Part shown: piece by piece, positions 28,907-38,166 of the stretch
Position numbering within the stretch: the stretch's first letter is position 1
Layout of the letters: each line of letters starts with the position of its first letter
NCBI GenBank assembly: GCA_016211945.1
Contig: JACRHV010000006.1
Span: 46,723 to 110,722 of the forward strand
DNA from: Minisyncoccota bacterium
GTDB lineage: Bacteria; Patescibacteriota; Microgenomatia; UBA1400; UBA12028
Reading direction: 5' to 3'
DNA length: 64,000 nt
Notes under the pieces: model-generated
The model's database searches: none
What the model saw: only the letters and a program-made list of their open reading frames with translations
Told to the model about the DNA's origin: nothing
Made by a program: the position numbers and the translations under genes

Positions 28907-30007
28907 ATGAAGATAAAGGTACTTCAAGAGAATCTTTTGCGTGCTGCACAGGATGTTGGTAGGGGGATCTCCACAAAACCTCCTCTCCCCATATTATCAT
29001 GCATTCTTCTCGAGACAAAACAAGGGAAACTCTCATTAAAAGCCACAGATCTCTCCGTGGGGATTCAGGCGGAGGTGGGGTGCAAGGTGGAGGAGGAAGG
29101 GATTGTTGCTGTTTCAGGGAGAACGCTTATTGAACTTCTCTCAACATTTTCCGCAGGATCGATGGAGATTGAATCTCAAGAGGGGAAAATGGTTTTACGG
29201 TCGCAAAAAACTATGTCTTCAATACAGACAGTTGACTCAAAAGACTTTCCGCCTTTTCCTGAAAGAGACAATGATGGAGTAGTTCTATCGAGCGATCAAT
29301 TTATTAGCCTTATTGAAAGAGGGGGGGTGGCGGCGGGCGTTGATGAGACGCGCCCCGTTTTTTCCTCAATGCTCTTCGAGTGTTCAATCTCTCATATTGC
29401 CGTTGTGGCGACAGACGGCTATAGATTAAGTAAAGAGGTTGTGGATGTTGCAAGTGCAAAAGAGTGTATTGCACTTGTCCCTGCAAAAATTATGAGGGAG
29501 GTTGTGCGCATTGCACAAAAACAGGGGGGAGAAGTTTCCATGGTAGTCTCAGGCCAATTGGGGCAGGTGTTTTTCGGCCTTAAAGAGTATGAGATTATAG
29601 TTCGTCTTGTTGATGCTGAGTTTCCTCAATACAGCGCCATTGTTCCCCGTGAGACACAGCTCAACATCCAAGCAGAGGCGTCGGAATTGTTGTCTGCCGC
29701 AAAAACAGCAATGGTTTTTAGCAAAGAAGTCTCTGGAATTATTCAGATGAAGATAGAAAAAAGTATCCTTATAATCTCCTCTGCCGCCGCAACAGGAGAA
29801 AGTTCTGTCGAGGTTGAGACAAAGAAAGTAAGGGGGGTTGAAGGGGAAATTTCATTTAATGGGAAATATCTCATTGAGTTCCTCTCGCTTGTAAAAACAG
29901 GAGAGATAGAGTTTGGAATGAATGAGTCGCTCAAACCGGGGATCTTTACAATCCCATCACAGAAGAATTTTTATTATGTTGTTATGCCGTTTCGGGTGCA
30001 GAAGTAG
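28907..30007 (+). CDS. dnaN: DNA polymerase III beta sliding clamp
   Basis: 366 aa; 'MKIKVLQENLLRAAQDV...LPILSCILLE' DnaN N-terminus; dnaA-dnaN synteny. Confidence 0.9.
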   Translation: MKIKVLQENLLRAAQDVGRGISTKPPLPILSCILLETKQGKLSLKATDLSVGIQAEVGCKVEEEGIVAVSGRTLIELLSTFSAGSMEIESQEGKMVLRSQKTMSSIQTVDSKDFPPFPERDNDGVVLSSDQFISLIERGGVAAGVDETRPVFSSMLFECSISHIAVVATDGYRLSKEVVDVASAKECIALVPAKIMREVVRIAQKQGGEVSMVVSGQLGQVFFGLKEYEIIVRLVDAEFPQYSAIVPRETQLNIQAEASELLSAAKTAMVFSKEVSGIIQMKIEKSILIISSAAATGESSVEVETKKVRGVEGEISFNGKYLIEFLSLVKTGEIEFGMNESLKPGIFTIPSQKNFYYVVMPFRVQK

Positions 30008-31844
30008 GTTGATTTTTTTGTCGATCTAAAATTTCCTGTGGATTGGTTGTAATAAGCTCATGCTCCTCTGGCGACGCAATCACGCGTAGAGCAACGTGAT
30101 TTTGACCCGCAAAAAAGAGACCCTCCCCAACATCGCTTGCCATGAGGAATCTTTTCTCTCCTTCACTAAGGAAGAACACTTGTGAAAGATAGGGGATTGC
30201 GGCGCTGGACTGCTTCATTAAAAATTGTAATGAGGAGTTTGTGACAATAGCCTTTCCAAAATCGTTATTCAAGAAATCCTCAACGTCCTGGGTGATTGTT
30301 GTGATGCCTAAGAAATATTTTCGCGCGCGCTTCGCCATGGAATGAAGGAAGTTTGCACTGTCTCGATACTTCATGAAGTACCAGGCCTCATCAACAATGA
30401 GAATGCGCTTCTTTAGTTTTTTTCTAATGCGCGTCCAGATGAAATCGAGGATAAGAAACATGGCAATAGGACGAAGCTCCTCCTCCATCTCTTTAACAGA
30501 GAACACGGTGAATTGGTTCTTAATATCAAAGCTCGATTTTTGGTCAAAAATGCCGCGGAACGATCCTTTAATATATTTTTCAAGGCGTGCCGCCAGATTT
30601 TGTGCATCCTGATTTTCCATACCAATAAGTGATTTATATAAATCCTCCATAAGTGGAGGCTCGTTCGCCTGCGTTGCAGGATCCGGCGTAATCCCTTTTG
30701 CTTTGTATGCCGCGATGAGTGCGCGATCAAGCATTGCGTCTTCTGTGGGGGAGAGATCTCCCATCATGATTTTGAGCAGCGTATGAATGGAAATAATCTT
30801 CATGCCGAGTTCATTCTCGCCCTCTTCATAGACAGAGCTTAGGTCAAACGGATTGATTTTTTTGGGCGAATCAAAAGTAAAGTTGATGTACTCCCCACCA
30901 ACAGAGGAACAGAGGTCTTCATACTCGTGTTCAGGGTCAAGAATAATAACCTCTGCGTCAAACATGAGTTGGCGTAGCGCCTCAAGTTTTACGGCGTACG
31001 ATTTTCCAGCACCGGACTTTGCAAACACCACCATGTTCGCGTTTTCCATACTGAATCGGTCAAACACTACGAGGGATTCGTTGTGTTCATTGATTCCATA
31101 TAAAATTCCCGTATCACTCGTCAATTCTGCAGAAGTAAATGGAAAGGTTGTTGCGAGAGAGGTGGTGTCCATGTTTCTCGTAATGAGCAACTTGTCTAGA
31201 CCAATGGGGAGTGTGGTTTTAAATCCATCCTCCATCTGCAACCCAGCGACCTTGCTCACGATAAGGAGAGAGCCAAGAAGTGACCGAATTTGATTAGTAA
31301 CTTTATTGAGTTCCTCAACAGATTCTGCTGAAAGTGTGATGTAGAGGCCAAATTGATAAAACCGCTCCGCCCCTTTTGCGAGCTGTTCTTGGATGGATCG
31401 CGCGTCCTCCAGCTTAATCTCGGTATTAATGTTGCTGAGTTTTCCCTGTTTAATATCAGAACTAATCTCTGCCTCCATCTCGGTAATTTTTCTTCGAAGG
31501 TCGTCCAAGATTTTTTTCACCTCCACGGGGAAAATATGCATTGAGATATCAAGCGAGTGTGGAAAGTTAATGAGAGGGGAAAGCCAGTTTGCGGGAACGG
31601 TTCGCGGATACCCAGCAACAAAAAGTGTGCGCGTATAAATATCATTGATTTTTTGATATGAAAAATCGACCTCAATAGCTTCTGGAGAGATGATATCTTG
31701 AATACTCACAAGGCCGGAAGAAAAAGACTGAAGTTCTTGTGGGGGTTGAGCGGACGAGGCTGACGTGGGAGTGGAGGGATTTCCGCCAGAGTCAGTCTGT
31801 TTTTTTTGGAATGGGAATGAAAAGGTGGGCAGTGCGAAAGGCAT
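29982..31844 (-). CDS. VirB4/TrbE/CagE-family type IV secretion ATPase (core + ATPase domains)
   Basis: 620 aa; Walker A 'VVFAKSGAGKSYAV'; upstream VirB4 central-domain pattern 'IEVDFSYQKINDIYTRTLFVAGYPRTV..NWL'; Pro/Ser/Gln-rich N-terminal linker. Confidence 0.75.
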   Translation of the reverse strand: MPFALPTFSFPFQKKQTDSGGNPSTPTSASSAQPPQELQSFSSGLVSIQDIISPEAIEVDFSYQKINDIYTRTLFVAGYPRTVPANWLSPLINFPHSLDISMHIFPVEVKKILDDLRRKITEMEAEISSDIKQGKLSNINTEIKLEDARSIQEQLAKGAERFYQFGLYITLSAESVEELNKVTNQIRSLLGSLLIVSKVAGLQMEDGFKTTLPIGLDKLLITRNMDTTSLATTFPFTSAELTSDTGILYGINEHNESLVVFDRFSMENANMVVFAKSGAGKSYAVKLEALRQLMFDAEVIILDPEHEYEDLCSSVGGEYINFTFDSPKKINPFDLSSVYEEGENELGMKIISIHTLLKIMMGDLSPTEDAMLDRALIAAYKAKGITPDPATQANEPPLMEDLYKSLIGMENQDAQNLAARLEKYIKGSFRGIFDQKSSFDIKNQFTVFSVKEMEEELRPIAMFLILDFIWTRIRKKLKKRILIVDEAWYFMKYRDSANFLHSMAKRARKYFLGITTITQDVEDFLNNDFGKAIVTNSSLQFLMKQSSAAIPYLSQVFFLSEGEKRFLMASDVGEGLFFAGQNHVALRVIASPEEHELITTNPQEILDRQKNQPTSAPETA

Positions 31845-31908
31845 AGCGTTTTTATCTTAACATAAAAATATAGATGCCTTTTTTCGCAACGAAGGACTAC
31901 ATCACTGC

Positions 31909-32793
31909 TCACGATGGAGATTGGGATGGTTGGGAATCAGAAAAAACCTCAACGGGAACCTTTGGCTCCGCGGAAGGTTGTTGTGCCGGAGTAAAAGACG
32001 CGGATTCTTGAAGAACAGTTTGTGGCAGAGCCTCAGTTTTTACCGGCAATGAAGGCCGTTCCTCTTCGCGCGTGCTGGCAGAGTCTTTTGTAAACTCCTG
32101 TAGAGCTGGTTGGTTCATCACGCCACTTAAACTTGCCTCAACCACGGCCGTCGTGTAACTTTTTGTGTCTCCCATTTTTTGCCCCTCATATGAGCCTGGA
32201 TTGTAAATGGTGTACAAAAGCTGGATGAGCTCTTGTGTGTTCAACTGTCTTGCTTGTAGTCCAATGCGACCAAACTGTGCAGTAAGGTGATCTCTCTTAG
32301 GCTCAAGGTCGGTGAGCGCTCTTTCCAGAATGTACGCGCGGTCCAACTGAAAAGAATCTTTCTTTTTAATGGAGGGAATTGCTGACGCTGCCTCAAGAGA
32401 GGTTGCTCGAAAAGGAATGACGACATAGAACTTTTTATCTAAGATGCGTCGCTCCTTTACGAGCTCGCCAACAAACTCCCGATATCGGCGAATCTGCGTT
32501 TTACGGAGAGGGGAAAGTGTTTTATCTTCCCACTCTTTGACATAGCGAAGATATGTTGTTACGTCTTTTTTTTGAGATCGGACAACTATTTCTATGGGGA
32601 AGGTGAGAGAGTTGAGGAGGCCTGCATAGGAATAGATGATCGCATCCTGCTCTTCTTCTGCGAGAAGTCCGAAGTTCAGTGATCCAACAGAAAGAACCAT
32701 CGCGACAGAACCATCTTTCAAGATAATAATGTCGTTTGTGATGTCGAAAATCTCAAGGTAGTTTTGTGTGGTAGATTGAATATGGTTTGTCAT
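31909..32793 (-). CDS. VirB4 N-terminal-domain-like protein (separate ORF preceding the ATPase)
   Basis: 294 aa; 'DIIILKDGSVAMVLSVGSLNFGLLAEEEQDAI..LLNSLTFPIEIVV' resembles extreme N-terminus of VirB4/TraC; ends in Pro/Ser/Gln-rich low complexity; 64-nt AT-rich spacer before next ORF. Confidence 0.45.
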   Translation of the reverse strand: MTNHIQSTTQNYLEIFDITNDIIILKDGSVAMVLSVGSLNFGLLAEEEQDAIIYSYAGLLNSLTFPIEIVVRSQKKDVTTYLRYVKEWEDKTLSPLRKTQIRRYREFVGELVKERRILDKKFYVVIPFRATSLEAASAIPSIKKKDSFQLDRAYILERALTDLEPKRDHLTAQFGRIGLQARQLNTQELIQLLYTIYNPGSYEGQKMGDTKSYTTAVVEASLSGVMNQPALQEFTKDSASTREEERPSLPVKTEALPQTVLQESASFTPAQQPSAEPKVPVEVFSDSQPSQSPS

Positions 32794-32807
32794 GATCGCG
32801 CCCGTAT

Positions 32808-33914
32808 TTATAATGGAGAAACAATTGCTCCATGAAGAGACAGTCTCATTGTATCAAAGGAATACCCATCTTTTTCTACGACAATGTTGTATTCGCCGGA
32901 GGGAAGCGGGGTTGAGACGAAAAATTGACCAAGCTTGTTCGATCGCAGTGCGCGAAGAGGCATTCCTAGATGGTCTTGAATTTCTATAATACACTGATCA
33001 ATCATCTTTCCGGATTGGTCAAGAATCATGCCAACCACAAGATTTGGAGTAGTTGGTGTTTTGGGGAAGGGAAGTGCAGTATTTGTTTGCACTTGAGCAA
33101 GATTTTCTCCAACACGAAGTGTGGGTTGCTGAACCGTTATGGGTCGTATAGAAGAAATATTTTCATCGATAAGATGTTGTGGAGCAATACTCTCTTCTTT
33201 CTGTAATTCAACATGAATGGGATGTTGTGAGGGAATTGCCACAGGCCCTTCGTATGTTGATTGACCAAACGTTTTTGCGGCATCAAATATTGTTTTGTTT
33301 TGTTGTTTGTCTTCGTCAACAGTGATAGAAATTGGTGATTGTGCGAAGGCGTGGAGGTTGTGCATCTCAACATGAAGCGATGGTTTTTCCGGTGCAATTT
33401 TTGTAGATGATGGACGAATGTTTGTGGACGCCGGCACAGAATCATACAACGAAATGACCGATGCTGCCTGGTAAAACAGGTCAGTTTCATCTTGAGATGG
33501 AAGCGAATTTTGTGTTATAGACTGGAAATACGCGGCCGCTCGCGCGCGTTTCCTCGGAAGCGTTGTTTCTGGTGTGTTTGGAAGTGTAGAAGAAAGCGTT
33601 GAATAGGAGAAGGCCTCGGGAATTCTCGCGGTTTTTTTCCAGTAAAATTTTGTTGGATTGTAAATCGCTCGAAGAAAAGCAAGAAACCAATGGTCAAGTG
33701 GGCGCTCCTCCAGTGGGATGAACGCAAACGCTACTCCCAAGAGGACGAAGAAGATCGTGAGCGGCCACTTCAATATGCCCGGGAGATTGGAGGAGTATGA
33801 CATGAATGCGAGAAGGCCTCCGGCACCCAACTCGAAAAACTGCTTGATTGTCATGTTGCCAATAAGGTGAAATTCGTACGAGGTAATATTCTGCGGGACA
33901 GGATGCTCTTGCAT
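32808..33914 (-). CDS. VirB3-like membrane protein fused to C-terminal Ig-like (carboxypeptidase-regulatory-like) domain
   Basis: N-terminal 2 TMs with 'FFELGAGGLLAF' and 'IPLEERPLDHWF' (VirB3/PrgI-like, immediately upstream of VirB4); C-terminal beta-sandwich-like 'LGQFFVSTPLPSGEYNIVVEKDGYSF'. Confidence 0.4.
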   Translation of the reverse strand: MQEHPVPQNITSYEFHLIGNMTIKQFFELGAGGLLAFMSYSSNLPGILKWPLTIFFVLLGVAFAFIPLEERPLDHWFLAFLRAIYNPTKFYWKKTARIPEAFSYSTLSSTLPNTPETTLPRKRARAAAYFQSITQNSLPSQDETDLFYQAASVISLYDSVPASTNIRPSSTKIAPEKPSLHVEMHNLHAFAQSPISITVDEDKQQNKTIFDAAKTFGQSTYEGPVAIPSQHPIHVELQKEESIAPQHLIDENISSIRPITVQQPTLRVGENLAQVQTNTALPFPKTPTTPNLVVGMILDQSGKMIDQCIIEIQDHLGMPLRALRSNKLGQFFVSTPLPSGEYNIVVEKDGYSFDTMRLSLHGAIVSPL

Positions 33915-34022
33915 GATTTTATTGTAGCAGGAAAACGAAGATATCCTTTCTACATAACAAAGAACTGTATTGCCTAAAAAAGAGCAACTTCGTTTTTTCT
34001 TCTCATGTCCAAATACAAAAAC

Positions 34023-34994
34023 CTATGGTTGGACCGCGGGAACAATAACCTCCATTGTTGAAGTATAGTTTTGGGGAGTTGTGGCGGTTCCGACAAATCG
34101 AAAATACGGGAAATATGTTTGATCAACGCTTCGGTACTCCAAGGATACCTGGGTAAAAATGATTGAGGAGAAATCCTGGACAGAAACATCAATAGGGGTT
34201 TGTGCGCGATTATTCACACCAATAGTGAGAAAAGTACCACCCCCACTTTTGATTTCCTGGAGAGCGTTTTCTACTGGACGCGTGGAATATGTTTTCTCAA
34301 CTTGCGCTTGTGTGTATTGATACGGAAGAAAACGAGCAGCCTCTATCCCACGAGAGGAAAGAGTAATAAGCGCGACAGGAAGAGAAGAATTTTCAGCGTA
34401 GAGGGGAAATCCATCGACGGTTAATGTAAAGGGAATAATAATAATGGCGGAGGCGCTCACATTTTGAAGAGGCGCACCATGAAGGTCATTAAAATATAGA
34501 ACTTGATCCTTTTGTGGTGAGAGGGAAGAAAAACCAAGTGAATCGAGAAAATCTTGTGCGGGAACGAGCGCTGTTTCGTAAGAAAGAGGAGTTTCAACTT
34601 CAGGGGAAGCTTGAACAGTATATGTGACGGCCTGCGAAACTTCATCAATGAGGAGGAATGATGTCTTATTTTCTCGCACCCAATATCCCTCAACACCACT
34701 TTCTTTTAACTGTAGTTTTTGTGCGAGTTTTGTAGAGAACTCACGTAGATCTGAAGTAAGAGGTGTTGAGGAATAAAGAGGAAGAACTTGTGGGAAACTT
34801 GGGAGAGATCCAGAGAATTCAACAGATTGAAAACGCGTTGTTGTTCCAGTCGGACTCGTGAGAACAGAAGGTGATTGTTTTTTTTGTAACGCAAATTGAA
34901 GTATAAAAAGGACAAAAACAAGAAGGGCAAGAAAAAGAAGGAAAAATAAAAGAGGATGTTTTTTTATTTTGGAAACAGCAAGAAACATTTTCAT
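34023..34994 (-). CDS. membrane-anchored extracytoplasmic protein of the T4SS-like operon (VirB8-like topology?)
   Basis: single N-terminal TM 'LLFFLLFLALLVFVLFILQF' then ~280-aa Ser/Thr-rich domain; start at internal Met gives 4-nt overlap with upstream gene. Confidence 0.45.
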   Translation of the reverse strand: MKMFLAVSKIKKHPLLFFLLFLALLVFVLFILQFALQKKQSPSVLTSPTGTTTRFQSVEFSGSLPSFPQVLPLYSSTPLTSDLREFSTKLAQKLQLKESGVEGYWVRENKTSFLLIDEVSQAVTYTVQASPEVETPLSYETALVPAQDFLDSLGFSSLSPQKDQVLYFNDLHGAPLQNVSASAIIIIPFTLTVDGFPLYAENSSLPVALITLSSRGIEAARFLPYQYTQAQVEKTYSTRPVENALQEIKSGGGTFLTIGVNNRAQTPIDVSVQDFSSIIFTQVSLEYRSVDQTYFPYFRFVGTATTPQNYTSTMEVIVPAVQP

Positions 34995-37900
34995 GGTGTA
35001 GGTCCTCCCGCACATTCTGATTTTACAGGGTCATTAACTTTCGGAAGTGTGGGGAAAATAGGAAGATTTGTGTAAATATGCCCCTTAGCCTTCTGGTTCT
35101 GCCTTTCATAGTGTAGGTGTATTCCAAAAGAAAACCCAGTATTTCCCGTTAGACCAAGATGGCTTCCGGGATTCACGCGAACCCTTTGGGAGATGTTTCC
35201 GGGATTTAAATTCCCATTGAACGCGGACATATGACCAAAAATAAACACAATTCCTTCGTCTGTATGCAAAACAACATGGTTGCCATAAAGCACGTAAGCA
35301 AGCGGAGAAGACGTCATGGGCACAAAGTATGCGTATCCACCAAATGGAGAGTATATGGGGGTTGGCCCGGTGGCCGCGGTACCAATGTCTATCGCGTTTC
35401 CAGACAGATCCCAAGTTGCGTGACCGGGATCAGCAAGTTGTGTAATAACACCCGTCGTTGGCCAGCAGCCCTTATGAGCCACGCCATCCAACCCCTCAAC
35501 GTTCACGTTATTTACACTGCTTATATTTGCCACAGCATCTCGGTTGGTCACAAATGGCCCCAAATTCAGAATATTCGCAACTCCCCCTATCGTTAACGCC
35601 CCCATCGCTGTCCAGGCGATTGTTGTTCCGCTAATAGTGGTACTTGCTAAGGTACTCAGTGATTGAATCCCGTTCGAGAGAACAGCAGATCCTGCGCGTA
35701 AACCGCTTATTATCTGCTGTCCAACTCCTTTGGCAAGCAGCTTTATTCCAGATAAAGCGGAAGAAAATGCGTGTGAGAAAAAAGAAAAAACACCCTGAAA
35801 AGATTGAAAGAGTTTAAAAATTTGCACAAGAGATGCGATAAGTGACGCAAAACCCGCAAGTAGGGAGAGGATCCCGAGTCCGATGAGAAAGTTGACAAAC
35901 TTACCAAGATACTCGATTCCTTTGAGGTTTTGTTCGATAATTCCATCAAGAAAACCTCCAATAATGGGAATACTTGCGATCCATGACTTAATCGCCATCG
36001 CGGTGTCGAACGCGACGTCCCAAGCCTGTCCAGCTTCGGGGCCGGCAAATAACGTTAATAATGCGCCAATTGCTTGTTTTCCTCGTTCGATATCGGCAGA
36101 CCTGTCGGAGTTTCCTAAAAACTGTTGATGTTGAGCTTCGCCGCTGAACTCAGATATCTCGAGAATATATGATGGGGCCGTAAAAAGAAGTTCGAACTCA
36201 TCTGTTCCAAATCCGCGCATCATGTACTCGAAAAAAACAGCCTCATTACCCCACGCATCAGCATTACCATGAATAAAGTCTTGAATTTCTCCTGCGCTCC
36301 AAATCTGTGAGGCAAGGTATTGAAAAAATCCCCGTTTCGCATGAATCCTTCGGGCAGTTTGTTGCGCCTCATTTTTCTGATCAAGCGCTTTCTGTATAAA
36401 AGCAGACTGTTTATGAAGCTCTCCGTCTGTAATCTTTCCGTTTTTATGCTGTTGTTTCAGGACGGCTAACTGGTTTGCGAGCGCAGTTTTTGGCGAAAAC
36501 AAACTATGAGACATGACCTTGTGACCGTTGATGTGCTGTCCTTGTTCATCAACATCGCTCATATCCTCAAGGAGTTTTTGTAGAAGCGGGTTTACGGATG
36601 AAGATTTTAGGCTGAGCGGATCTGCATAGAGGGCTGCAGGATTGTCTGACGCAAGATATGCTTCATATGCCAGCGCATCCATATATTGGGTAAGCAATAT
36701 GGCAAAAGCGACATTGTCGTTATGGAACGCTCGACGAATACGCTCTTGTGTTTGTGGTTCTGTACGAAATTCGTTGAGGACTGCTTGAGCAAAATCTTCT
36801 AAGTCTTTTGAGGTGAGATTGGTGGAGTTTTGTCGCAAAAGCGATTTTGCTTGCAGAGAGAGAAGGAGTTTGTCTATTTGTGAGTAGGTTAGCCCTTCTT
36901 TTTGTAAGGACTCGCGAAGAAAATCCTCAAAAGATCGCGAAGATATGTCTTTTATTTGTGAAGCCTCTTGGAGAGAAGAAAGACGTTCTTCTTTTTGTAC
37001 ACCATCTTGCTCAAGGGCATTCCAGTATTGCGCGTCAGCCGCAAGCGCAAGATTATCTGGAGTAATCCCATGCTTCTCACTGAACGCACGGAGATTCTCA
37101 AGAGATTCTCCTTTTTTGATGAGCCTATTGGAGATGAGGTGTTGTTCGAGCGCCGCCTGAAAAGATGGATTGTGCTGTAGACTGATAAGAGTACTAATAT
37201 AAAGATTTATTCTTGCAGAGCCTTCACCCCCAGTTGAAGTTAAAAATGCGGAAAGACGCGTAGAATCAAGCCTTTGGAGTTCGTAAAGAATGGTAGGAGT
37301 GATGTGTCGAGAAATTTGTGACTCAAGCGCTTGGAATCCTTTTGGATTTTTATCAGGATTGATTCCGGCTTGGGCGGCAACAGCGTAAAGAATGGCGTGT
37401 CGAATCCGCGCGACTTCATCGCTTAATGCGCGATCCTGAACAACAAGTTTTTCGATGGAGATTTGCTGATCTACAGGTTTTTTTGTCTCTATTTTCTCTT
37501 TTTCTTCACGAAGAACTTCTTCTGCGGCGTCAGAGTCAGTTTCTTGCGTTGATGAAGTAGAGAATGTGGCTCCGGCTGTTTGTTTTGGAGCGGAAGCCGC
37601 CTTTTCCTGCGGTATTGGCTCTGGCTCTTCTGCTTTTTTTGTTGCTGTAACCTCTTGTTTTACTCCGTATGAGCTAAACTCCAACAAGATTTCCGTTAGA
37701 GTAAGTGCGGCCTCAATAGACTCAATGACTCTAGATTTTTTGTCCGCCCTGTTTATGCCGAAAAAATATTCGCGTTGGATATAGTCCCAAAGATGTGTAT
37801 TGTATGATGTTTCATCTCGATGAAGAAAAAGAAACTCATCAACTGTAGCAAGCCAAATGATTAATGCATGGAATTCCACCTCTTCTTTTCTTGGATGAGG

Positions 37901-38161
37901 ATTGAGATGGGGGTAGAGGTGATAAATAACCGCACTTTTTGTGAGTCCTACAAGCGTTTTTCCTTCAGATTCTGAAACAAAGCTATCGGCGCTGTATGTT
38001 CCGTCACTAAAAAGATAGAAAAAAACGGTATCATTGCGATACCGCTCAAGCATCTCAAGAACATCTCTTCCTTTGATCGCGTATTGGCGGTCTATGGCGT
38101 TTTTTAGAGCATCAGATATCGTGTGTTCCGTCTGGATATGAGCCATGAATGTATTGTACAT
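34991..38161 (-). CDS. 1056-aa protein: large N-terminal domain, TM cluster, C-terminal M23 (LytM-type) peptidoglycan endopeptidase
   Basis: TM 'FLIGLGILSLLAGFASLIASLV'; C-terminal 'GNHVVLHTDEGIVFIFGHMS...LGLTGNTGFSFGIHLHYE' (M23 HxxxD...HxH motifs). Confidence 0.65.
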   Translation of the reverse strand: MYNTFMAHIQTEHTISDALKNAIDRQYAIKGRDVLEMLERYRNDTVFFYLFSDGTYSADSFVSESEGKTLVGLTKSAVIYHLYPHLNPHPRKEEVEFHALIIWLATVDEFLFLHRDETSYNTHLWDYIQREYFFGINRADKKSRVIESIEAALTLTEILLEFSSYGVKQEVTATKKAEEPEPIPQEKAASAPKQTAGATFSTSSTQETDSDAAEEVLREEKEKIETKKPVDQQISIEKLVVQDRALSDEVARIRHAILYAVAAQAGINPDKNPKGFQALESQISRHITPTILYELQRLDSTRLSAFLTSTGGEGSARINLYISTLISLQHNPSFQAALEQHLISNRLIKKGESLENLRAFSEKHGITPDNLALAADAQYWNALEQDGVQKEERLSSLQEASQIKDISSRSFEDFLRESLQKEGLTYSQIDKLLLSLQAKSLLRQNSTNLTSKDLEDFAQAVLNEFRTEPQTQERIRRAFHNDNVAFAILLTQYMDALAYEAYLASDNPAALYADPLSLKSSSVNPLLQKLLEDMSDVDEQGQHINGHKVMSHSLFSPKTALANQLAVLKQQHKNGKITDGELHKQSAFIQKALDQKNEAQQTARRIHAKRGFFQYLASQIWSAGEIQDFIHGNADAWGNEAVFFEYMMRGFGTDEFELLFTAPSYILEISEFSGEAQHQQFLGNSDRSADIERGKQAIGALLTLFAGPEAGQAWDVAFDTAMAIKSWIASIPIIGGFLDGIIEQNLKGIEYLGKFVNFLIGLGILSLLAGFASLIASLVQIFKLFQSFQGVFSFFSHAFSSALSGIKLLAKGVGQQIISGLRAGSAVLSNGIQSLSTLASTTISGTTIAWTAMGALTIGGVANILNLGPFVTNRDAVANISSVNNVNVEGLDGVAHKGCWPTTGVITQLADPGHATWDLSGNAIDIGTAATGPTPIYSPFGGYAYFVPMTSSPLAYVLYGNHVVLHTDEGIVFIFGHMSAFNGNLNPGNISQRVRVNPGSHLGLTGNTGFSFGIHLHYERQNQKAKGHIYTNLPIFPTLPKVNDPVKSECAGGPTP

Positions 38162-38166
38162 GAAAA

